Assembly (NCBI GenBank): GCA_019057385.1
Contig: JAHQJS010000004.1
Span: 128,001-192,000, forward strand
From: Candidatus Borrarchaeum weybense
GTDB taxonomy: Archaea > Asgardarchaeota > Sifarchaeia > Borrarchaeales > Borrarchaeaceae
DNA length: 64,000 nt
Direction: 5' to 3'
Part shown: one piece after another, positions 9,309 to 18,882 of the stretch
How positions within the stretch are numbered: the stretch's first letter is position 1
Layout of the letters: every line of letters begins with the position of its first letter
Translations under genes and position numbers: made by a program
Notes under the pieces: generated by a model
Databases searched by the model: none
What the model was told of the DNA's origin: nothing
What the model saw: the letters and a program-made list of their open reading frames with translations, nothing else

Positions 9309-10724
9309 ATGCGTGTTGTTATGAAATTTGGTGGCACTTCAATTGGTAATGGATCGAATTTCGGTCATGTAGCAAAAATCATCAATTCTTATGCAGAAAG
9401 TCATGAGACAATCGTATTGGTTTCAGCAATGGCAGGAGTTACCGATCAGTTAATTGACTGCGCAGAACGATCTCAAAAAGACATTACAAAAGAAGTTCTC
9501 AGAGATTTTATTCAAGAATTACTGAAAAAGCATCTAAAAGCGGCAGAAGAGAGTATCGATGATGAGTTCATCTTAAAAGAGGTCGAACAAAAACTTACTG
9601 AAACTCTCGAAGAATTAGAAAGAGTATTGATTGGCATCTCTTTATTAAAAGAGCTGAGTTCACAGGCTAAAGATAAAGTTATGTCTTTTGGTGAACGACT
9701 ATCGACACCAATTCTTTGGGGTGCAGTCAAGAACTTGAATATTCCTGTTGTGTATTTAACGGGATATGAGGCTGGAATTGTCACAGATGAACGCTTTGGA
9801 AACGCTCGACCTATTTGGAATATCTCCATTGAAAAAATTCAGAAAACTCTTGTGCCTCTTCTTGAACAGCGATACACAATAATTATTTCTGGTTTTATTG
9901 CAGGGACTGAAGATGGTCTTATCACAACTTTGGGACGTGGTGGTACTGATTTTTCTGCAGCGATAATTGGGACTTCCATTGAGGCTGATGAAATAATTTT
10001 TTGGAAAGAAACAACTGGTGTTTTAACTACAGACCCAAATCTTGAGCCAAATGCACAGACTATACCTTCTTTGTCGTATGCCGAAGCGATGGAACTTGCC
10101 TACTTTGGGGCGAAGATTCTCCATCCTAAATGCCTTCAACCTGTTATGGAGAGAGAAAACATTCTGGTTCGGGTCAAAAATACGTTTAAACCTGATGCAG
10201 AAGGATCAATAATAGTCCCCGCTACGGAACAGGTTGAAAATGTCGCAAAGGCAGTAAGTGTACTATTTAATGCTGGAATAATAGAGGTTGGAGGTGCTGA
10301 GATGATCGGCACCCCTGGAATTGCAGCTCATATATTTGGTGCCTTCGAGAAAGCTGACGCAAATGTTATAATGATTTCTCAAAGTAGTAGCGAAGCAAAC
10401 ATCTCTGTCGTTGTAAATCGCTCCGATATAAGAAAGACAGAAAAAGTGTTGAAAGAGACATTTGCTTATACAAACTATATCAAATATGTTCGAAGCGAAG
10501 ACGACATATGCGTCATTGGAGTAGTGGGAGAAGGTTTAAAGGGTACTCCTGGAGTTGCAGCTAAGGTTTTCCAAGCGGTTGCACAAAAAGGGGTAAACGT
10601 CCGGATGATTGCACAAGGATCATCAGAATTAAATATCAGTTTTGTTGTCAAGGAAAAAGACGGAGGCTTAGCTGTTAGGGCACTTCACGAGGCTTTCGAA
10701 TTAGGTGAGAAAATAATTAAGTGA
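9309..10724 (+). CDS. lysC: Aspartate kinase with two ACT domains
   Basis: MKFGGTS, VSAMAG, TTLGRGGTD, ELAYFGAKILHP and MIAQGSSELNISF. Confidence 0.95.
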   Translation: MRVVMKFGGTSIGNGSNFGHVAKIINSYAESHETIVLVSAMAGVTDQLIDCAERSQKDITKEVLRDFIQELLKKHLKAAEESIDDEFILKEVEQKLTETLEELERVLIGISLLKELSSQAKDKVMSFGERLSTPILWGAVKNLNIPVVYLTGYEAGIVTDERFGNARPIWNISIEKIQKTLVPLLEQRYTIIISGFIAGTEDGLITTLGRGGTDFSAAIIGTSIEADEIIFWKETTGVLTTDPNLEPNAQTIPSLSYAEAMELAYFGAKILHPKCLQPVMERENILVRVKNTFKPDAEGSIIVPATEQVENVAKAVSVLFNAGIIEVGGAEMIGTPGIAAHIFGAFEKADANVIMISQSSSEANISVVVNRSDIRKTEKVLKETFAYTNYIKYVRSEDDICVIGVVGEGLKGTPGVAAKVFQAVAQKGVNVRMIAQGSSELNISFVVKEKDGGLAVRALHEAFELGEKIIK

Positions 10725-10737
10725 CAAGGGATGTAAA

Positions 10738-11826
10738 ATGGATAAAATTAAAATAGGCGTATTAGGTGCTACGGGCGTTGTTGGACAAAACTATGTTCGA
10801 TTATTAGCAAACCATCCATGGTTTGAAATAGTAGACGTTGCCGCGTCACCCAGATCCGCTGGAAAGTCATATTATGACGCAGTAAAAAAGAAATGGCAGA
10901 TGATAGTTCCCATACCAGAAAACGTCAAGAATTTAATTGTCAGGGACGTGCAAGATTTTGACTCATTAAACCCGGAGATATCATTCGTATTCTCCGCAAT
11001 GACCCTTCCAAAAGAAGATACCAGACAAATTGAATTTGCGTATGCACATAAAGGAATTCCGGTAGTCAGTAATAGTTCAGCAAATAGACGGATAGAAGAC
11101 GTGCCGATGTTAATACCCGAAATTAATTATAAACACGTAGATATCATCCCAATCCAACAAAAGAACCGAGGGATTCTAAACGGCGGCTTTGTTGCTGTCA
11201 AGCCGAATTGTTCTCTTCAAAGTTACATGACTCCTCTTTATGCACTGGAACACGCTGGATATAAGATAGACAAAGTAATTATTACCACCTTACAAGCGAC
11301 ATCTGGTGCGGGTTATCCGGGTGTGCCTTCATTAGATATGGTGGATAATATTGTTCCTTATATTTCCGGTGAAGAAACTAAATCGGAAGAAGAACCGATG
11401 AAGATTCTAGGGAAAATTGGTGAGAAGGGAATTGAGAATTATGAAGATATTCAAATAAGTGTAACTTGTACCAGAGTCCCAGTTGTTGATGGTCACACCG
11501 CTTCAGTCAATGTTAAGTTCAAGGATAAAATCCCGACTCGTGAAGAGATTTTAAAAACCTGGAAGGAATTCAAGAGCTTACCTCAAGAGTTAAATCTACC
11601 TTTTGCACCAAAACAGCCAATCATATACATTGACAATGAAGACCGGCCACAACCAAGGAAGGACAGAGATAATGATAAAGGAATGGCAGTAACTGTGGGC
11701 CGACTTCGAAAGGATAATGTATTTGACTGGAAATTTGTAAGCCTAAGTCATAATACCGTAAGAGGAGCCGCTGGTGGCGGAATCTTAAACGCTGAATTGC
11801 TCAAAGCTAAAGGCTATATAAGATAG
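10738..11826 (+). CDS. asd: Aspartate-semialdehyde dehydrogenase
   Basis: GATGVVGQ, KPNCS, SGAGYPG, RVPVVDGH and HNTVRGAAG. Confidence 0.95.
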   Translation: MDKIKIGVLGATGVVGQNYVRLLANHPWFEIVDVAASPRSAGKSYYDAVKKKWQMIVPIPENVKNLIVRDVQDFDSLNPEISFVFSAMTLPKEDTRQIEFAYAHKGIPVVSNSSANRRIEDVPMLIPEINYKHVDIIPIQQKNRGILNGGFVAVKPNCSLQSYMTPLYALEHAGYKIDKVIITTLQATSGAGYPGVPSLDMVDNIVPYISGEETKSEEEPMKILGKIGEKGIENYEDIQISVTCTRVPVVDGHTASVNVKFKDKIPTREEILKTWKEFKSLPQELNLPFAPKQPIIYIDNEDRPQPRKDRDNDKGMAVTVGRLRKDNVFDWKFVSLSHNTVRGAAGGGILNAELLKAKGYIR

Positions 11827-11943
11827 GGGAAATCTCTTCTTAATGACCTTTCATAGCAGTCTTATCTTTTTTTATGACGACAAAAATAATTCTGACAAGA
11901 ATGAGAACAAAAAATAATAATAAGCAGTGTACAGTAACTTATT

Positions 11944-13107
11944 ATGGATCAAAACTCAAAAGACAATATAACGCCTGCTCTACAGTATGGAGGACAGGAT
12001 TACTTGTCAGAAACAAAAGACATGCCTGAAACTACTGAAGCTAGAATAATACGGCTTCTGTATGAATTAGAGGATAAAAGTTCAAGTTTAAGAGACGATG
12101 TTGCCTATTTGCTTCGCACTCTTGCAAAACGACGAAAAGAAATCAACATACTGATTAATGCGTTGAAACATGAAGATAGTATTATTCGAAAAAACGCCGC
12201 GTATATTCTTGGGAATCTTAGAGATCCTCTGACTGTTGAGCCACTTATTGAAGTATTAAATGATGAGGATGCGAATGTTCGAGGCGAGGTGGTTAGAACC
12301 TTAGGCGCAATTAGAGATGATCGCGCTATAGAGCCTTTAATCAAAACATTAAATGATGAATGTCGAGAGGTTCGGGGATGGGTGGCTTCAGCGTTAACTA
12401 AAATTGGTTTTTCAGCAGTAGACCCTCTTATTGCAGCATTGGATGAAGATAACAATAATATTCGAATGAATGCGACATGGGCACTTGGTCATATTGAAGA
12501 TAGTGCTGAAAAAGCTGTGGCACCGATCACAGGTGTACTTGATGATGAAAACGATGAGGTTCGTTTCTATGCAGCAGAAACATTAGGAATATACATGGAT
12601 ATAAGAACCGTATTAACCTTGCTTGATTCATTGAGAAACGATCTTGATGAAAGTGTTCGTTGGAAAATCATAGAGGCGTTAGGATTTATCAAAGATAAAA
12701 GAGCCGTCAAACCCTTAACTGAAGCGTTAGCAAATGAAGATGCAGGAATCCGTCGAAAAATTGTAGAAGTACTTAGTTTTTTAGGAGATAAAGGCGCAAT
12801 TGTGGAATTGCTCAATTCTTTAAAATATGATGAGGACCCGGGAGTTAGATGGCGTGCAGCAGAATCATTGATGCATCTTGATGAAGAACTTGCAATTGAT
12901 CCACTAATTGTAGCATTAAATGATGAGGACGCAGGAGTCGTAAGAAAAGTTGTGCAACTACTTGGACGAATTGGAGATCAACGCGCAATCCAGCCGCTTA
13001 CTGAGATGAAAAAAGAAGAACTCGATATAACTATTTTTAAAAGAGTCGAAGAATCCTTAGATAGCATTACTAAAAGAATTGGCTTAATATCTCAGGATAA
13101 TCTCTGA
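11944..13107 (+). CDS. HEAT/PBS-lyase repeat protein
   Basis: Repeated LNDED..VR..AA..LG.I.D.RA..PL units. Confidence 0.9.
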   Translation: MDQNSKDNITPALQYGGQDYLSETKDMPETTEARIIRLLYELEDKSSSLRDDVAYLLRTLAKRRKEINILINALKHEDSIIRKNAAYILGNLRDPLTVEPLIEVLNDEDANVRGEVVRTLGAIRDDRAIEPLIKTLNDECREVRGWVASALTKIGFSAVDPLIAALDEDNNNIRMNATWALGHIEDSAEKAVAPITGVLDDENDEVRFYAAETLGIYMDIRTVLTLLDSLRNDLDESVRWKIIEALGFIKDKRAVKPLTEALANEDAGIRRKIVEVLSFLGDKGAIVELLNSLKYDEDPGVRWRAAESLMHLDEELAIDPLIVALNDEDAGVVRKVVQLLGRIGDQRAIQPLTEMKKEELDITIFKRVEESLDSITKRIGLISQDNL

Positions 13108-13145
13108 CCATTTTCGAGTCTAAGCAAATTTTAAGAATCGTTTCT

Positions 13146-14528
13146 GTGGTAGGTGATAGATTGAATTTAATGGCAGAAGTTGAGAATGAATATATCAACC
13201 GGACGCAAAAATCTCAGAAGATGTATCAACTTGCAAAAAATTTCCTTCCAGGAGGAGACGCACGAACAGTCACCTTTTTTGAACCATATCCTGCCTTTAT
13301 TGTAAAAGGTAAAGGATACCAACTTCATGATATTGATGGGAATAACTATACTGATTTTCTGAATAATTATACCTCATTGATACACGGACACTGCCATCCA
13401 AAGATCATTAAAGCGATTAAAGAACAATTGGAAAGTATTCAAGCAATTCACGCCCCAACTGAATATCAAGTCAAATTTGCCGAAATAATTAGTGAAAGAT
13501 TTCCTTCGGTAGATAAAATCCGTATCATGAATTCTGGCACTGAAGCAACCATGAATGCGATACGGTTGGCAAGAGCATATACCGGCAAAGACAAGATTTT
13601 AAAGGCTGAGGGTGGCTATCATGGTACTCATAATAATGCGCAAATAAGTATCCATCCCCATTTGGAGGATTCAAACCCTTTAAATCACCCAAAAAGTATC
13701 CCTGAGAGCAAGGGTATTCCAAAGAGCGTCCTGAAAGATGTTGTAGTTTTCCCCTTTAACCATCAACAAATTACTGAAAATCTAATCAAAGAAAATAAGA
13801 AAGACTTAGCTGCCGTAATTGTTGAGCCGGTAATGGGTGCTGCAGGCATTATCTCTCCAAAAGACGATTATTTGAAGTTCTTAAGGGAAATAACCAATGA
13901 AAATGACGTTCTCCTGATTTTTGATGAGGTAATAACTGCTAGACTTAGCAGAGGTGGTGCACAACAGTATTTCAATGTAATTCCTGACATTACTGCATTT
14001 GGAAAACTGTTTGGGGGTGGCACACCAATTGGAGTGATTGGCGGAAGAGATGAAATTATGATGCTGTATTCTCCGGAGAGAACAGAATTCTTAAGCCAAT
14101 CAGGAACATTTAATGCTAACCCTGTCACATTAGTTGGAGGCATAGCAACATTGGACTTATTGAATGATTCAGCGTACACACGATTGAATTCTTTAGGAAA
14201 CTCATTAAAAGATGGCATTTCGGATACATTCAAAGAATTTGGAATCAATGCTCAAGTTACTGGAGAAGGCTCACTTCTGAACATGCATTTCACAGAAAAG
14301 GAAGTCATAGATTATAGAAGTGCCTCGACTTCTAATGTGGAGCTCTGTTCGTTATTGTACCTATCAATGCTTAATCATGGGATATGGATAGCTCCTAGAC
14401 TGTTGTCATGTATTTCGACACCGATGTCAAAAAAAGAAATTGAGTCATTTCTTGAGGCATTGAGGACCTCCTTGAATAGGATGAAGCCATTTATCAAAGA
14501 GTTTGCTCCTCATTTAATTAAGAACTAA
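13146..14528 (+). CDS. Class III aminotransferase (glutamate-1-semialdehyde aminomutase-like)
   Basis: NSGTEATM, GGYHG, IFDEVIT, FGK and SGTFNANP. Confidence 0.9.
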   Translation: MVGDRLNLMAEVENEYINRTQKSQKMYQLAKNFLPGGDARTVTFFEPYPAFIVKGKGYQLHDIDGNNYTDFLNNYTSLIHGHCHPKIIKAIKEQLESIQAIHAPTEYQVKFAEIISERFPSVDKIRIMNSGTEATMNAIRLARAYTGKDKILKAEGGYHGTHNNAQISIHPHLEDSNPLNHPKSIPESKGIPKSVLKDVVVFPFNHQQITENLIKENKKDLAAVIVEPVMGAAGIISPKDDYLKFLREITNENDVLLIFDEVITARLSRGGAQQYFNVIPDITAFGKLFGGGTPIGVIGGRDEIMMLYSPERTEFLSQSGTFNANPVTLVGGIATLDLLNDSAYTRLNSLGNSLKDGISDTFKEFGINAQVTGEGSLLNMHFTEKEVIDYRSASTSNVELCSLLYLSMLNHGIWIAPRLLSCISTPMSKKEIESFLEALRTSLNRMKPFIKEFAPHLIKN

Positions 14529-14626
14529 TGCCCTTTAGGTTGAGATGACTTTGAAGAAATTTAGAGGAGTTGAAATATTATAAAATCATAAATCTTATGA
14601 TATTATATTTGCGTTTTTACTGTATT

Positions 14627-14740
14627 ATTACAAAAGAATTAATAGACTCATAAGGATTGAAATTTGGCGGTAAGGATGGACGTGACTTTATTGTATGCTA
14701 ATTTTACAAAAACGCTTCTTTAAGCCATAAGGATTGAAAC
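14627..14740 (+). CRISPR. Mini-array A: two degenerate repeats and one spacer
   Basis: attacaaaagaattaatagactcataaggattgaaat and ttacaaaaacgcttctttaagccataaggattgaaac both keep the TAAGGATTGAAA(T/C) end of the main repeat; spacer about 40 nt. Confidence 0.75.
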
Positions 14741-14885
14741 ATCGCCGATATCTAAAAGAATGAGATTTTTTAATTGAACTGAAAGTACGTATGTTAAACT
14801 TTAAGTCATGCAGGGTCTAAGCATGGAAATGAAGGTCTCTCTTCTGTGATGATCTGGAAAATTCTGAGAAAAGCCTTGACTAAAA

Positions 14886-16334
14886 TTAATATTTCAAAAT
14901 GAATTCCTTCCTTTCGTTCCAGAATACATCTGGATTCCGTTGTTTGCCATACCCTAACCATTTATCGATTTTTACCCATAAGCGGTTCAACAAGGGAAAA
15001 TGTTTAATAAAAAATCGTGCGACACAATGTAACGAATGACGACTTTTCGTAAAGGGGCAAGAGGTGATGCAGACACTGCAGTCATTTCCATTGATTGTCC
15101 AGAAGTGATAGCAGGTCTCAGCGTTCACATACCATTTCAATACGCCAGGATTGTTTGATATAGTGGGACCTGACCACGATGGATCTCTTTCATAACTGAT
15201 TGACTGAGAGGGACAGGCTTCTGCGCACCGTTTGCATGTGCGGCAAAAATCGAGTGCTCCAAAATTGATTGATTTGTCCGGTACGAGGGGAAGATTGGTC
15301 AAGACTTTGCAGATTCTCACATTAGATCCAAATTGAGGGGTGATTAGTAACCCATGACGACCATATTGCCCTATTCCTGCATCAATGGCCATGGGCACAC
15401 TTAATCCAATATTATTCCCCGCCGGTATGGCATCATAGCCTAAGCCTCGGATAAACTCAGCAAGGCATGCTTGGATGAATGCCATGCGCGAATAACCATT
15501 GCCCGTCGCAAAGGCACCAGGGAATGCAGGGGTAGTTTGCAAAGCTTCTAGATCCATCTCAACGGCGACAACAATGGCGTTTTCAATATGATCGGGAATA
15601 TTAATGGGGTTTCCTTGTCTGTCGTGGGTATATAACCAGTCACGGTTGAGTTTGCAAACACCCACTAGTGCTGCCCCAAAGGCTTTTGCAGCCTGCTTCA
15701 CGATCTTTGTCATATTGTGGGGATCATCAATTATGACTTTTATGTCAGCGGGTTTTTCAAGTTCTACATCAAAACGTGCATCAATGGAGGCATTCAACTT
15801 CTTCCATGAAAAAGCTTCAGTAAAATGATCATAAACTGTCCAAGATGCTGAACTCAAAGCCTCATCAATTCTTGAATACCCTTTCTTGTTCAGGCGAAAA
15901 ACTTCTTCAAGATGAGCATGAACTCCAACTTGGTAATCTGCAAAACTAGGATCATTAAGCATCCGGGCAAAAATGATATGTTCCTCAGTGAAGGGACGGT
16001 AAACGCTGTGGTTGATAACGTAAGGACTTTGCTTCCAATGGTTCAAGTCCTCTGAAAGAGTCAAATCCTGTGTAGATTGCCGAGGTTTTACGATTTCGAC
16101 GCAGTAATCGATTGCTGCCATTGGACAATTGTCTAAACAGCGTCTGCAACTTCCACAGTTTCTAGACTTAATAATTGGCTTTCTGGTCTCGTTCGAGATG
16201 AAGATTGGACGGTGAATCGTAGACCGTTTTACAACTGGACATACATCTACACATTTATAATGGCAGCATTCTGGATCGCATTTTGTGTAGTCAACGCGGA
16301 TTTCTCTTTTGGTTTGTTTAGTTGTCGTTTTCAG
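14886..16334 (-). CDS. rdhA: Reductive dehalogenase with N-terminal RLI-like 2x[4Fe-4S] domain; probable CTG start
   Basis: AFGAALVG, AIDAGIGQYGRHGLLI, FCRTCKRCAEACP, KWY...C...W and CSVCITSCPF; the frame stays open upstream of ATG 16121 through CDPECCHYKCVDVCP...CGSCRRCLDNCP to CTG 16334. Confidence 0.85.
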   Translation of the reverse strand: MKTTTKQTKREIRVDYTKCDPECCHYKCVDVCPVVKRSTIHRPIFISNETRKPIIKSRNCGSCRRCLDNCPMAAIDYCVEIVKPRQSTQDLTLSEDLNHWKQSPYVINHSVYRPFTEEHIIFARMLNDPSFADYQVGVHAHLEEVFRLNKKGYSRIDEALSSASWTVYDHFTEAFSWKKLNASIDARFDVELEKPADIKVIIDDPHNMTKIVKQAAKAFGAALVGVCKLNRDWLYTHDRQGNPINIPDHIENAIVVAVEMDLEALQTTPAFPGAFATGNGYSRMAFIQACLAEFIRGLGYDAIPAGNNIGLSVPMAIDAGIGQYGRHGLLITPQFGSNVRICKVLTNLPLVPDKSINFGALDFCRTCKRCAEACPSQSISYERDPSWSGPTISNNPGVLKWYVNAETCYHFWTINGNDCSVCITSCPFTKSRHSLHCVARFFIKHFPLLNRLWVKIDKWLGYGKQRNPDVFWNERKEFILKY

Positions 16335-16554
16335 TCACTCCGATATATGAGCTACTTGTTTTTTGCTTAGGGTTTTATCAATTGCTTTTAGACATTATTA
16401 GTTTCATACTCATGTTCTCTATATCGAATATCTTATGACGGTTTAGGTATTAAGCTTAATAACTGTTTGCACGTTCAATAAGAACGCTATTTACAAAAAA
16501 TAGAGCCTCTTAGATTGACTAAAGAAAAAAAACTATTGATTTTTTTATCTTTTC

Positions 16555-16953
16555 TACGCAAGAAGTCCCCCCAACTTATTGGGGGGATGAATTGAGGTCT
16601 GACGTTGCTCACACAACCCTTTCTGCGAGCATAGGGGGTGGTGTACCCAACCTCGGGTGGTGTTTTAATGACGGGTACTCGCTAGTTCCGCCGCTCCCAA
16701 CATCAGGGGAGTAGGTTCTTTTCTCCAAGGTTATCAGTCAGTACTCTACGATGATCACTGAGAGTTTCCTCTCTGTTTAAACCACCATTTACAGAGCACG
16801 GGAATAGAGAGGCATTCCGTGGTGTGTTCTTGAACTCTCCTGATAACGTAGATACCGTAATAGGTGTTTCATCACGACTTCCCTTAGGTTAATCAACCAA
16901 TTACTCTCGATTCTCACGGAACAAGTCCCCTAACATGTTAGGGGGTGATTGAC
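16555..16953 (-). mobile_element. Non-autonomous IS200/IS605-type element carrying a HEARO/omegaRNA-like scaffold, no ORF
   Basis: Minus strand reads GTCAATCACCCCCTAACATGTTAGGGGACTTG...CTACGTT...CACCACGGAATGC...GCTCTG...TAAACAGAGAGGAAACTCTCAGTG...AACCTTGG; second terminal hairpin CCCCCCAATAAGTTGGGGGG; GC-rich versus flanks. Confidence 0.8.
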
Positions 16954-16981
16954 GTTTCTTTTATACACATCTAAAAAAGAA

Positions 16982-17099
16982 TGCTTAATCCTTAATTATT
17001 AGGTAAGGAATTCTTTTGCAACTGAAAGCGAAAATCGTTGAAAAACCAACCTATCAAATCATCTTTCAATCCTTATTAGGTAAGGAATTCTTTTGTAAT
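16982..17099 (-). CRISPR. Mini-array B: two variant repeats and one 40-nt spacer
   Basis: Repeat 17063-17099 (ctttcaatccttattaggtaaggaattcttttgtaat) and an insertion-bearing repeat at about 16982-17022. Confidence 0.85.
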
Positions 17100-17357
17100 C
17101 TACTTTCATTTTGCTTTATAAATTCCTCTATTATTGTGTTTAATATTTATCTTCTTCAGACATCTCAAATGTTTAATTAATTGCTTCTTTACAGGTTTTA
17201 ACTGATAACGGAACTAGCAATACATAACTCTTTCTTTTTGAGAAACCTCTTCTTTTAACACTTTTTCTATCCAAAAAATGGCAAATAATGAAAATAGAGT
17301 ATTTTAGTAAATAAAGAAATCTGCCACTTTCTCCTGAAAGGGTTCCTGCAGATTAAA

Positions 17358-18866
17358 TTAAATTTGAATTCTTGTGCCTTCGCCACCGTGCATGGACTTT
17401 CTAACACGGATTTGAGCGACTATTGGTGAGCGTACACAAACACCGGAAATAGTAGCAACGCCTTGAGGAAGAAACGGCAATCGATCAATGTCTTCATTTG
17501 AGCCAAGATTCAGAAAGGGTCTTACATAGTCAAGATCGGTTTTTGAATCAATTCTGAGCACTATTTTAGAACCACATTGGCTTAAAACATCTTTGTCCAA
17601 ACCGACTAGGCGCTGACTTGTGACACAGATGCCCAGTCCAAATTTCCTCCCTTCTCGTGCAAGACGTCTAAGCATTTTCTTACTATAACAGTCTAGCGCT
17701 TGCGGTGCGAAGCGATGCGCCTCTTCAATAATTACAAAACACGGTGGAACAAGATTCCTTTTCCTTGCTAGAAATATTTGTTTCATTACGATCGCAGCAA
17801 GTATTTGACGCACCCGTTCATCAATATCCTCTGAAAGGTCGATGATACATAACACACCTGGTTTAACTAACTCTTGTATATCAATTCCTTTTCCAAGAAT
17901 ATTCAATTCCTCAATTAAAAAAATACGTCGAATTACTGAAAGCGTTGTACGTGAATTGAATTTCCATTCCTCTGCAGTGGTTTTGATAGTATCCACAAGT
18001 TTTTGGATATCATAATCTTCAAGTTGTTTTAGTTTTTGTAGAGCAAGATAGAGAAGGTCCATTTGTGTTTCTGACATTGTAGTGATTTCAGACAATGCCT
18101 CTACGTCTAAGTCTTTAAGACGAATCGAAAGTTCATTTGTTTTAGTATTTCTTTCACGTGGAGGTGTATAAACCTTAGTGGGGTATCCTTGCGGATTAAC
18201 TCCAAAAAACTCCATTCTATGGAGTTCTTCCTGATTTGTACGCCGTATGGAGTTATATTCTCCGTGTGGATCTATGATTATAACTGGAATATCATGTTCA
18301 AGCAATTCTTCAATTATTACACCATTTGTGTAGGATTTACCACTTCCTGTTGAGCCTAATACCGCAAGATGGTATTTTACAAGTTTCTCTATGTCTGTTA
18401 CAATGTTAATCGGTGTAGGACCACGCATTTTACCGATATAAAGGCCATTAGAAGTTAATCCTAAGAACTTGCTTAGGAGTGACGTTCTTGCAGAGTATAT
18501 ATAATCGCCTGGTTCTGGAGAAATTTCAGGTGGTAAACGTTTATCATTTTCTAAGACACCGACAATATGTACCCGTGCCATTCGCCATCGCCCAATTCTG
18601 ACGGGTAATCGAGCAGAAATCTTTAATGAACGTTCTAAATGATCACGAACAAAATTAGGATCGTTATAATACGCATTTGAGGCTTGTATTAAATAGACGC
18701 GTCCAATGATGACTCGTGTGCCTACAGGTACTTCAACATAAGACCCTACTGGAAGATCGACCTCATCTTTTATTTGAAAATGAAATTCTAAGTGGTTTGG
18801 AGTGCGTCTATCACTCATTATTATACCAAGTTGACACACCGTGTCATCTTCAGTATGTTTTTCCAT
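17358..18866 (-). CDS. herA: HerA/FtsK-family ATPase (HAS barrel + HerA core)
   Basis: Walker A GSTGSGKS, IIDPHGEY, Walker B IIEEAH, REGRKFG and SQR; N-terminal beta-barrel. Confidence 0.9.
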   Translation of the reverse strand: MEKHTEDDTVCQLGIIMSDRRTPNHLEFHFQIKDEVDLPVGSYVEVPVGTRVIIGRVYLIQASNAYYNDPNFVRDHLERSLKISARLPVRIGRWRMARVHIVGVLENDKRLPPEISPEPGDYIYSARTSLLSKFLGLTSNGLYIGKMRGPTPINIVTDIEKLVKYHLAVLGSTGSGKSYTNGVIIEELLEHDIPVIIIDPHGEYNSIRRTNQEELHRMEFFGVNPQGYPTKVYTPPRERNTKTNELSIRLKDLDVEALSEITTMSETQMDLLYLALQKLKQLEDYDIQKLVDTIKTTAEEWKFNSRTTLSVIRRIFLIEELNILGKGIDIQELVKPGVLCIIDLSEDIDERVRQILAAIVMKQIFLARKRNLVPPCFVIIEEAHRFAPQALDCYSKKMLRRLAREGRKFGLGICVTSQRLVGLDKDVLSQCGSKIVLRIDSKTDLDYVRPFLNLGSNEDIDRLPFLPQGVATISGVCVRSPIVAQIRVRKSMHGGEGTRIQI

Positions 18867-18882
18867 AGCTCTCTATCCTATA

